Part shown: positions 45,100 to 53,907 of the stretch, in pieces
Layout: each line of letters opens with the position of its first letter
Position numbering within the stretch: the stretch's first letter is position 1
From: Escherichia coli
GTDB taxonomy: Bacteria; Pseudomonadota; Gammaproteobacteria; Enterobacterales; Enterobacteriaceae
DNA length: 64,000 bases
Strand: one strand, 5' to 3'
Assembly: GCF_045037415.1 (NCBI RefSeq)
Contig: NZ_CP173438.1
The notes under the pieces: model-generated
Databases searched by the model: none
Seen by the model: only the letters and a program-made list of their open reading frames with translations
What the model was told of the DNA's origin: nothing
Position numbers and translations under genes: made by a program

Positions 45100-46485
45100 T
45101 TAGAGCACGGGAGGGACAAACGGTTTGCGTCGCAGGAAACGACCTCGCCCGGCTTTGCCTGTAAAGGTGCCGTCGCAGAAAATCGTTTCACCACGGGATA
45201 AGGTTCTGACAATCGCGCCCTGACAGGTAAAACCCTCCCATGGCGAGTAGTCAGCGTTGTCGTGGAGATGGCGATGCTGAATTTGTTGGCTCTGACGTGG
45301 GTCTATAATCACCACGTCGCCATCGGAACCGGGCGCTAATAATCCTTTTTGTGGCCACAGGCCAAACAGCCTGGCGGGCATTGCACTGGTTAACTCAACA
45401 AAACGCTCCGGTGAGATACGCCCCGTCATCACGCCACTGGAGAACAGCAGTTGCATGCGGTTCTCCACACCGGGTAAGCCATTTGGGCAGCGGCTGAAAT
45501 CGCCTTTAGAAATTTGCAGGCGTTGAGCCATCGAGAAGGTGCAGTGATCGGTTGCCACCACGTCAATCGCACCATCGCTGATGCCACACCACAGTTTGTC
45601 CTGCTCGCGTACGTTACGCAGCGGTGGGCTAAGAATGAACTTCATGCCATCTTCTGTATCGTAACTGCGTTCGTCCAACAGGAGATATTGTGGGCAGGTT
45701 TCAACCCAGACTGGCTGGTGATTCGCACGGGCAAGACGCAGATAATCCAGACCTAAGCCGTTAGACAGGTGCACGATATAGAGCGGGGCGTTACCGGCAA
45801 TTTGTGCCAGGTTAATCATGCGGGCGATGGCTTCCGCTTCGCATTCCAGAGGTCGACTCAAGGCATGATAACGCGGCGCGGTTAACCCTGCGGCGATAAA
45901 CTCCGCCCGCTTGCTGGCGATAGCTGCGTCATTTTCCGGGTGCACGGTGGTCAGCGCGCCGGACTCATGCAAGCGGCGTAATGCCTGCAACACTTCATCA
46001 TCGTTGAGTTTATATTGATAGGTTAAATAGAGTTTAAAACTGCTCAGTCCTTCCTCAACCATCATCGGAATTTCGTCGAGGATAGCGTGATTAATATGTT
46101 GAATGACACCGTGAAAGCTGTAGTCGATGACTGCTTTGTGGGCGGCATAACCGCGATAAACTTCCAGTTGATGGCGTAACCGGCAGCCATTTGGGCCAAA
46201 TCCCATATGGTCAATAATGGTTGTTGTACCGCCACACGCAGCTGCGCGGGTACCGGTAAAAAAATCATCACAACTGCGCGCGATGCCGACATCAATATTG
46301 AAATGCGTATGGACATCCACGCCGCCAGGGAAAACGTAACAGCCAGAGGCATCAATTTCTTCGCAAGGGAGTTGCGGCGAAATATCGGTACCCAACTGGC
46401 GAACAATCCCGCTTTCAATCAGCAAATCCTGCTTCGCCTGTCCATCTGCATTAACAACAATGCCGTTTTTTATCAATACGCGCAT
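45100..46485 (-). CDS. hyuA: D-phenylhydantoinase / dihydropyrimidinase-like cyclic amidohydrolase (YgeZ)
   Basis: Track ORF 45100..46497; start MRVLIKNGIVVNADGQ gives 461 aa; metal-binding GGVDVHTHF. Confidence 0.9.
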   Translation of the reverse strand: MRVLIKNGIVVNADGQAKQDLLIESGIVRQLGTDISPQLPCEEIDASGCYVFPGGVDVHTHFNIDVGIARSCDDFFTGTRAAACGGTTTIIDHMGFGPNGCRLRHQLEVYRGYAAHKAVIDYSFHGVIQHINHAILDEIPMMVEEGLSSFKLYLTYQYKLNDDEVLQALRRLHESGALTTVHPENDAAIASKRAEFIAAGLTAPRYHALSRPLECEAEAIARMINLAQIAGNAPLYIVHLSNGLGLDYLRLARANHQPVWVETCPQYLLLDERSYDTEDGMKFILSPPLRNVREQDKLWCGISDGAIDVVATDHCTFSMAQRLQISKGDFSRCPNGLPGVENRMQLLFSSGVMTGRISPERFVELTSAMPARLFGLWPQKGLLAPGSDGDVVIIDPRQSQQIQHRHLHDNADYSPWEGFTCQGAIVRTLSRGETIFCDGTFTGKAGRGRFLRRKPFVPPVL

Positions 46486-46537
46486 AGCAAACTCCAAAAA
46501 CCCTCCGGTGAACCGGAGGGGAATAAGTGAAGAGTAA

Positions 46538-47749
46538 TTATTCGGTTGCCAGCCAGCTTAATGGGATTGCAGCGTACATAGCGGCACAGGTTACCAGGTG
46601 AGATTTCCAGGTTTTTTCGTTTGGCGCGTGCGCTTCCGGTTCTTTACCGGGGCCAAAACCGATGACCGGAATGCCGTGGCGACCCATGATGGATACGCCA
46701 TTAGTCGAGAAGGTCCACTTATCAACGACAGGCGCTTTACCAAACAGCCCTTCATAAGCATTCACCAGTGCTTTAACGGTGAAGTGATCTTCTTCCACTT
46801 TCCAGGTCGGGAAGTAGCATTCGGTTGGGTAAACCAGGCCAGTCCAGGACGGGCGGTCGTAGTTGTACATAGAAACGACAGCATTCGCTTTTTGTACTGC
46901 AGGCAGGGCACGGATCTCGTCCAGCGCGCCTTCCCAGGTTTCGCCCCAGGTCAGACGACGGTCGATTGAAACTGCGCAGCTGTCTGCGACAGCGCAACGG
47001 CTTGGGGAGGTGAAGAAAATTTCAGAAACGGTGAGGGTGCCTTTGCCGAGGAATTCGTCATAACCCAGACGTTGGGAGAGTTCTTGTAATTCGCCAAGAA
47101 TCGGACCCATTTTGAAAATGGCGTTATCACCGCGTTCTGGTGCCGAACCGTGGCAGCTAACACCCTGAACATCAATACGAATTTCCATACGACCGCGTTG
47201 ACCACGGTATACCTGGCAGTCGGTTGGTTCGGTACTGACCACAAATTCCGGGCGAATGCCGGATTGTTCAATAATGTACTGCCAGCACAGGCCGTCGCAG
47301 TCTTCTTCCTGCACAGTACCGGTAACCAGCAGGGTATATTCATCTTCCAGACCGAGATCTTTAATGATTTTACCGGCATATACCATAGACGCCATGCCGC
47401 CTTCCTGGTCGGAAGTACCACGACCACCGATCAGCTCGTCGGTTTCCATGCCTTCATACGGATCGAAGTCCCAGTTTTTGATGTTGCCAATGCCGACTGT
47501 ATCGATATGAGCGTCCATTGCCACCAGACGCGGGCCGTGGCCGATATAACCGAGAACGTTGCCCATTGGGTCGATTTCAACTTTATCGAAGCCGACTTTT
47601 TCCATCTCTTCTTTAATACGATGTACTACGCGTTTCTCGTCGCAGCTTTCACTGGGAATAGCAACCATATCGCGCAGGAAGCGAGTCATGTCTGCCTGGT
47701 AATCTTTTGCTTTTTCAAGAATCAGTTTGAATGGAATATTCTTAGCCAT
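46538..47749 (-). CDS. ygeY: M20-family peptidase / amidohydrolase YgeY
   Basis: 403-aa [43 protein letters not shown]... Confidence 0.9.
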
Positions 47750-47806
47750 TATTTTTCTCCAGATTTTTTACTCCCCGTTTTGCAGGGAGCAGTTCCAATA
47801 GGGTGA

Positions 47807-49003
47807 TTAAGGTGCTACAGCGTGTTTGCCTTCCCAGACAACTTCGCGGTAGTGCTTCACGTCGGTGTCGCCTTCAGTGCTGATAACCAGCACCACGGCA
47901 TCTTTGTTCAGCGCCAGTTTTTCCATCAGGCTTTGACGTTGCGGGTGATAATGAACCGCTGCGAGAACGCCCAAACCGACAGCGCCGGATTCACCGGAGA
48001 TGATGCGCGGGTCGTTGCCGTACGGATTACCCAGCACGCGCATACCTAATGCGGCAACGCTGTCCTGGCAGGAGATGAATTGGGTGGCGCAGTTACGTAG
48101 GATTTCCCAGCCCAGCGGGTTAGGTTCGCCGCAGGCCAGGCCCGCCATGATGGTGGCCATATCACCGCCAACGTTGACGATGTCGCCTTTGACGCCGGAG
48201 CGATAAATACAGTCAGCTTTGTCAGGTTCAACAATAATGCTGTGCAGATTTTGCGGGCTATAGACGTCGACCAGATAACCCAGCACACCACCGGCCATTG
48301 CACCGACACCTGCTTGCAGCAGAACGTGTGTCGGGGTTACGCCCATTTCACGCATTTGCTCGACGGCTTCATCCGCCAGTGTTGCGTAGCCTTGCATGAT
48401 CCAGGTTGGGATTTTGGTGTAACCTTCCCATGCCGTGTCCTGTACCACTTCCCAGCCGTGCTGCTGCGCGTGTTGCATGGTCAGGCGAACGGTATCGTCA
48501 TAGTTCATATCCGTGACGATGCACTCGGCACCGAGGTTTAGAATGGCGTCAACGCGTTCCTGAGCAGAACCTTTCGGCATGTAAATCACCGCATTCTGTC
48601 CGAGTTGCTGAGCGGCCCATGCCACACCGCGCCCGTGGTTGCCGTCGGTGGTGGTCGCGAAAGTCATTTTTTCGCCAATGGCATTTTTCAGGTGCTCAAA
48701 TGATAGCGTTTCGATATCAAGATGATATTTTTCACACAATAATTGAGCGATGGCGTATGCGCCGCCGAGCATTTTGAAGGCGTTCAGACCGAAGCGTTTT
48801 GATTCGTCCTTAACGAGAATTTTCTTTACACCAAACAGGTTTGCGAGATCGTCCAGCGCACAAAGCGGTGTTGGGCGATAACCAGCAATTTTCTGGTGGA
48901 ACTGGCGTGCCAGTTTTGCCTGGCTTTGCGAAAAAAGCGGTGATGTTTCGCCGTTGAAAAATTTGTTATCGGCGATATCAATCTTTAATGAGAAAACGGA
49001 CAT
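47807..49003 (-). CDS. dpaL: Diaminopropionate ammonia-lyase (PLP-dependent; YgeX)
   Basis: 398-aa ORF MSVFSLKIDIADNKFFNGETSPLFSQSQAKLARQFHQKIAGYRPTPL... Confidence 0.9.
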   Translation of the reverse strand: MSVFSLKIDIADNKFFNGETSPLFSQSQAKLARQFHQKIAGYRPTPLCALDDLANLFGVKKILVKDESKRFGLNAFKMLGGAYAIAQLLCEKYHLDIETLSFEHLKNAIGEKMTFATTTDGNHGRGVAWAAQQLGQNAVIYMPKGSAQERVDAILNLGAECIVTDMNYDDTVRLTMQHAQQHGWEVVQDTAWEGYTKIPTWIMQGYATLADEAVEQMREMGVTPTHVLLQAGVGAMAGGVLGYLVDVYSPQNLHSIIVEPDKADCIYRSGVKGDIVNVGGDMATIMAGLACGEPNPLGWEILRNCATQFISCQDSVAALGMRVLGNPYGNDPRIISGESGAVGLGVLAAVHYHPQRQSLMEKLALNKDAVVLVISTEGDTDVKHYREVVWEGKHAVAP

Positions 49004-49060
49004 ATCCTATCCTTTTGGCCTCTGGAAATAGAGGGCCGACCAGCTGATCGGCCCGAGGGG

Positions 49061-50251
49061 TTATTTCACGCGTTCTTGCGCTTCTTTCAGCAGTTGCTCG
49101 AGCAGTGCACCTGGTTTGGCGTATTTACGGGACAGGATCATCGCGGCGATGATATAAGGCTTCCAGCTGGCTTCTTTGTAGGTAGCGATACGGTATTTTT
49201 CGAATACGCCTTCAGTCACTTCACCTTCTTTGCAGGATACGCCGCTGATATCAGCTGGCAGGCAGTGCATGTACAGGGCTTCGCCATCACGGGTCAGCTC
49301 CATCATCTCTTCGGTACAATGCCAGTCTTTGTGCTGTGCGTTCTGTGCCAGACACTGTTTTTCCAGCGCTTTCAGTCCTTCGTGATCGTTCGCACGCAGC
49401 AGTTCAGTACGCTCTTCCATCACTTTGTAAGGTGCCCAGGACTTCGGATAAACGATGTCTGCGTCTTTGAAGGCTTCTTCCATGCTGGTGACCTGACGGA
49501 AGCTACCACCGGAGGCTTTAGCATTGTTTTTAGCAACTTCAACGACATCCGGGATCAGGTCGTAGCCTTCCGGATGGGCCAGGGTGACATCCATACCGAA
49601 GCGGGTCATCAGACCGATGATGCCTTGTGGTACAGAGAGCGGTTTGCCATAGCTTGGGGAGTAGGCCCAGGTCATGGCGATTTTTTTACCTTTCAGGTTT
49701 TCCAGTGAACCAAAGTGTTCACGTAACCATGCCAGATCAGCCATTGATTGAGTCGGGTGGTCAATATCGCATTGCAGGTTCACTAAAGCCGGACGCTGCG
49801 GCAGCACACCCTGCTTGTAACCGTCATCAAGTGCAGCGCCAACTTCACGCATATAGGCGTTGCCTGCGCCCAGATACATATCGTCGCGAATACCGATAGC
49901 GTCAGCGCAGAAGGAGATCATATTGGCGGTTTCACGCACGGTTTCGCCGTGAGCGATTTGTGATTTACCTTCGTCAAGATCTTGTTGTGCAAGGCCGAGC
50001 AGGTTAAGCGCGGAAGCATAAGAGAAGCGGGTACGGGTGGAATTGTCGCGGAATACGGAAATACCTAATCCACTATTAAAGACTTTGGTTGAGATGTTTT
50101 CAGCACGCAGTGCTTTTAACGCGGCGGCAACGTCCAGTACTTGTTTCAGTTCGTCTGGCGTCTGTTCCCACGTTAACAAAAAATCTTTTTCATGCAGGTG
50201 AGAGGTCAGCGAATTGATATCCTTAATCAGCTCATTAACAGTTTTCATCAT
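49061..50251 (-). CDS. ygeW: Carbamoyltransferase-family protein YgeW
   Basis: 396 aa; ATCase/OTCase-like fold with STRTR motif (RDNSTRTRFSYASA). Confidence 0.9.
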   Translation of the reverse strand: MMKTVNELIKDINSLTSHLHEKDFLLTWEQTPDELKQVLDVAAALKALRAENISTKVFNSGLGISVFRDNSTRTRFSYASALNLLGLAQQDLDEGKSQIAHGETVRETANMISFCADAIGIRDDMYLGAGNAYMREVGAALDDGYKQGVLPQRPALVNLQCDIDHPTQSMADLAWLREHFGSLENLKGKKIAMTWAYSPSYGKPLSVPQGIIGLMTRFGMDVTLAHPEGYDLIPDVVEVAKNNAKASGGSFRQVTSMEEAFKDADIVYPKSWAPYKVMEERTELLRANDHEGLKALEKQCLAQNAQHKDWHCTEEMMELTRDGEALYMHCLPADISGVSCKEGEVTEGVFEKYRIATYKEASWKPYIIAAMILSRKYAKPGALLEQLLKEAQERVK

Positions 50252-50726
50252 AAAGTCCCGATAGTGGAATGACAGGCAAAGTGGTTTATTTCACTGTGAC
50301 GTGCCAAAGTGATTGGTGTTTTCACAGCTATACCTCGGACTAACAATAAGTGTGCCAGAATTATCCACGCGGCTGCGAAAGGCTAATTTGACGGATAATG
50401 TGTGGGGTTGATCACATATTGATGCCAGTTTCCGGTTGTTTGTAAAATACGAAAACGTTTGGCTTTTTTTATTACGTTATTTATTTGCTGCTAAGTATCA
50501 GAAATAAGATAAAGAGGCAGGCTATCTCTCTTCAGTTTGATAAACTTGCCGCTGTAATTCTCATATTGATATAGAAATGTGATATCTCTTCCATAATTTT
50601 ATTAGAAAGTGATAAAAATCTTATGTTTTTATCAAAGCCAATTTCGCCTGAGTTAATATCATCATGATCTGTGAACCATCAACGTCTTCAATGATCGACT
50701 TTTAAGTAAGTCTGGAAGGTAAAGCT

Positions 50727-52505
50727 ATGGAGCTTGCGACTACGCAGTCAGTATTGATGCAAATTCAACCAACAATTCAGCGTTTTGCCAGAATGCTTGC
50801 CAGCGTTTTGCAGCTTGAGGTTGAGATCGTTGATGAAAACTTGTGTCGCGTCGCCGGAACGGGCGCGTATGGGAAGTTTCTTGGCCGCCAGTTGAGCGGC
50901 AACTCACGTCTGCTCCGCCACGTCCTGGAAACGAAAACTGAAAAAGTTGTGACACAGTCTCGCTTCGATCCCCTTTGTGAAGGTTGCGATAGTAAAGAAA
51001 ATTGCCGCGAAAAAGCATTTCTGGGTACGCCAGTCATTTTACAGGATCGTTGTGTTGGGGTGATAAGTTTGATTGCCGTTACCCACGAGCAACAAGAACA
51101 TATCAGTGATAATTTACGCGAATTTTCCGATTACGTTCGCCATATATCCACCATTTTTGTTTCTAAACTTCTGGAGGATCAGGGACCAGGAGATAACATC
51201 AGTAAAATATTCGCGACCATGATCGATAATATGGATCAGGGCGTGTTAGTGGTTGATGCTGATAATCGGGTTCAGTTTGTTAATCAGACAGCTTTAAAAA
51301 CACTCGGTGTTGTACAAAATAATATTATTGGAAAACCTGTTCGTTTCAGACCATTAACATTTGAGAGTAATTTTACCCATGGTCATATGCAACATATTGT
51401 TTCGTGGGATGATAAAAGTGAATTAATCATTGGTCAGTTGCATAACATCCAGGGCCGACAACTATTTTTAATGGCGTTTCACCAATCGCATACCAGTTTT
51501 TCTGTAGCAAATGCACCTGATGAACCGCATATTGAACAATTGGTTGGCGAGTGCCGTGTTATGCGGCAATTAAAACGACTCATTAGCCGTATTGCACCCA
51601 GCCCATCCAGCGTTATGGTGGTTGGTGAAAGCGGCACGGGTAAAGAAGTCGTCGCCCGTGCAATCCATAAGTTGAGCGGAAGACGGAATAAACCCTTTAT
51701 TGCTATCAACTGTGCCGCGATTCCGGAACAGCTTCTGGAGAGCGAACTGTTCGGTTATGTTAAAGGCGCATTTACTGGCGCTTCTGCCAACGGTAAAACA
51801 GGGTTGATTCAGGCGGCGAATACGGGCACGCTGTTTCTCGATGAAATTGGTGATATGCCATTAATGTTGCAGGCTAAATTACTGCGCGCTATTGAGGCGC
51901 GTGAAATTCTGCCGATTGGTGCCAGTAGCCCAATACAAGTCGACATCCGCATCATTTCTGCAACTAATCAGAATTTGGCCCAGTTCATTGCCGAAGGTAA
52001 ATTCCGCGAAGATCTCTTCTACCGACTTAATGTTATCCCGATAACTCTTCCACCGCTGCGTGAACGTCAGGAAGATATTGAATTACTAGTGCATTACTTT
52101 TTACATCTGCATACCCGTCGTCTGGGATCGGTTTATCCTGGCATTGCTCCTGATGTCGTCGAAATATTGCGTAAGCATCGTTGGCCCGGAAACCTGCGCG
52201 AGTTAAGCAATTTGATGGAATATCTGGTTAACGTTGTTCCTTCAGGTGAAGTTATCGACAGCACGCTATTGCCGCCAAATCTGCTGAATAATGGCACAAC
52301 GGAGCAAAGTGATGTAACAGAGGCCAGTGAGGCGCACCTGTCACTCGATGATGCGGGCGGCACGGCGCTGGAAGAGATGGAAAAGCAAATGATCCGCGAG
52401 GCGCTTTCACGTCATAACAGCAAGAAGGAAGTTGCTGATGAACTGGGCATCGGCATTGCTACGCTCTATCGCAAGATTAAGAAATATGAGTTGTTAAACA
52501 CATAA
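50727..52505 (+). CDS. ygeV: Sigma-54-dependent transcriptional activator YgeV
   Basis: 592 aa; central AAA+ domain with Walker A (GESGTGKE) and the sigma-54-contact motif GAFTGA; C-terminal HTH (ELGIGIATLYRKIKKY). Confidence 0.93.
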   Translation: MELATTQSVLMQIQPTIQRFARMLASVLQLEVEIVDENLCRVAGTGAYGKFLGRQLSGNSRLLRHVLETKTEKVVTQSRFDPLCEGCDSKENCREKAFLGTPVILQDRCVGVISLIAVTHEQQEHISDNLREFSDYVRHISTIFVSKLLEDQGPGDNISKIFATMIDNMDQGVLVVDADNRVQFVNQTALKTLGVVQNNIIGKPVRFRPLTFESNFTHGHMQHIVSWDDKSELIIGQLHNIQGRQLFLMAFHQSHTSFSVANAPDEPHIEQLVGECRVMRQLKRLISRIAPSPSSVMVVGESGTGKEVVARAIHKLSGRRNKPFIAINCAAIPEQLLESELFGYVKGAFTGASANGKTGLIQAANTGTLFLDEIGDMPLMLQAKLLRAIEAREILPIGASSPIQVDIRIISATNQNLAQFIAEGKFREDLFYRLNVIPITLPPLRERQEDIELLVHYFLHLHTRRLGSVYPGIAPDVVEILRKHRWPGNLRELSNLMEYLVNVVPSGEVIDSTLLPPNLLNNGTTEQSDVTEASEAHLSLDDAGGTALEEMEKQMIREALSRHNSKKEVADELGIGIATLYRKIKKYELLNT

Positions 52506-52543
52506 CCTCTGAGAATCCGGCCTGAATTCAGGCCGGATATCTT

Positions 52544-53023
52544 TTACTTTGTTTTCTCGCAATCCAGAACTGTATTTACAATCATCTGATACCCCGTGCA
52601 GCGACAAAGATTTCCCGCCAGTCCACGACGAATTTCCGTAATGGTTAATGGCTTCTCGCGTGGTTTCGCCAGCATTGCCGTGGTAGCCATAATCAGGCCC
52701 GGCGTACAAAACCCGCATTGCACTGCACCAGATTTCGCATAAGCCAGTTGGACATGAGAAAGTTTACCGCCTTTCGCTTCACCTTCCAGCGTGCGGATCT
52801 CTTTTCCTTCAGCCCAGGCCGCAAGGAATAAGCAACTGTCTATCGCAGTGCCGTCGACCAGCACCGTACAGGCACCACATTCACCCACGCAGCACCCTTG
52901 TTTGACACTTAGCAGTCCTTGTTCGCGGAGTAATTCCGAGAGCGGCGTGCCTGGTGCGGCGTGAAGCTGAAAAGGCATCCCGTTAATGGTGCATTCGATG
53001 GTAATTGTTTCGCTGTGATTCAT
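52544..53023 (-). CDS. xdhC: Xanthine dehydrogenase Fe-S subunit
   Basis: 159 aa; 2Fe-2S cysteine motifs [11 protein letters not shown] and CGFCTPG. Confidence 0.93.
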   Translation of the reverse strand: MNHSETITIECTINGMPFQLHAAPGTPLSELLREQGLLSVKQGCCVGECGACTVLVDGTAIDSCLFLAAWAEGKEIRTLEGEAKGGKLSHVQLAYAKSGAVQCGFCTPGLIMATTAMLAKPREKPLTITEIRRGLAGNLCRCTGYQMIVNTVLDCEKTK

Positions 53024-53897
53024 TGCAATTTCCCCCCGCCGCGGCGACGGCTTCGCTAATCACTTTTTTGGTCATCGTCTGGATGAGATGCAGACGAAAC
53101 TCTTTACTGGCCCGCCATGACGAACGCGGGGCGACATCTTGCAGGACTGATTCGCTGATGGCTTCCAGCGTTTGCAGGTTTAATGGCGCATTTTGTGCAG
53201 TCTGTTCGGCATGTTGGCAGCGAATCGGCGTTGGCGCGGCAACACCAAATGCCAGGCGTAATTCGCTGAAATTGCCGTTATCCAGTCGGCAATGTGCGGC
53301 GCAGCCAATTGTTGAAATATCCATTGCGTCGCGCATGGCATATTTAAAATGCGCGCTGCCCGCGTGTTCTTTCGGCTGTGGCGGAAAATGAAAGGCGACA
53401 AGGATTTCGTCATGCTCAAGAGACACTTTGCCCGGCCCGGTGTGAAAGCCATTAATCGGGACGAAACGAACACCGCGCGGGGAGTGGATCTCCAGTTTCG
53501 CGTCATAAATTAGCGTTGGCGTGGCAGAATCTGCGCTGGTGGCACCGTTGCAAATATTTCCGCCGTAGGTGGCGACATTACGGATCTGCGGCCCGGCGAT
53601 TGATGCAGCCGCAGCACATAACGCCGGGAGATGACGTTGAGTTACAGGATCTTCAATGAGCTGGGTAAATGTCGTTGCAGAGCCGATACGTAGCGCGCCA
53701 TCTTCCGCCAGCGTAATTCCCCGCAGCTCCGCCAGATTATGAATATCAACAATATGGCGATAACGGTCATTGTGATGGTGAAGCTGTATCAGTACGTCAG
53801 TGCCACCGGCGAGCAGTTTGGCCTGCGGGTTGTCAGTCAGCAGGTTGATGGCATCGGCAAGGGTTGCTGCGCGATGGTAAGAAGCAAAATCAAACAT
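52983..53897 (-). CDS. xdhB: Xanthine dehydrogenase FAD-binding subunit (304-aa reading frame here, 41-nt overlap with xdhC)
   Basis: ORF track gives 304 aa ending ...[22 protein letters not shown]; I recall the K-12 protein as 292 aa, so the C-terminus appears altered (see findings). Confidence 0.85.
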   Translation of the reverse strand: MFDFASYHRAATLADAINLLTDNPQAKLLAGGTDVLIQLHHHNDRYRHIVDIHNLAELRGITLAEDGALRIGSATTFTQLIEDPVTQRHLPALCAAAASIAGPQIRNVATYGGNICNGATSADSATPTLIYDAKLEIHSPRGVRFVPINGFHTGPGKVSLEHDEILVAFHFPPQPKEHAGSAHFKYAMRDAMDISTIGCAAHCRLDNGNFSELRLAFGVAAPTPIRCQHAEQTAQNAPLNLQTLEAISESVLQDVAPRSSWRASKEFRLHLIQTMTKKVISEAVAAAGGNCNESQRNNYHRMHH

Positions 53898-53907
53898 GAT
53901 GTTATCC

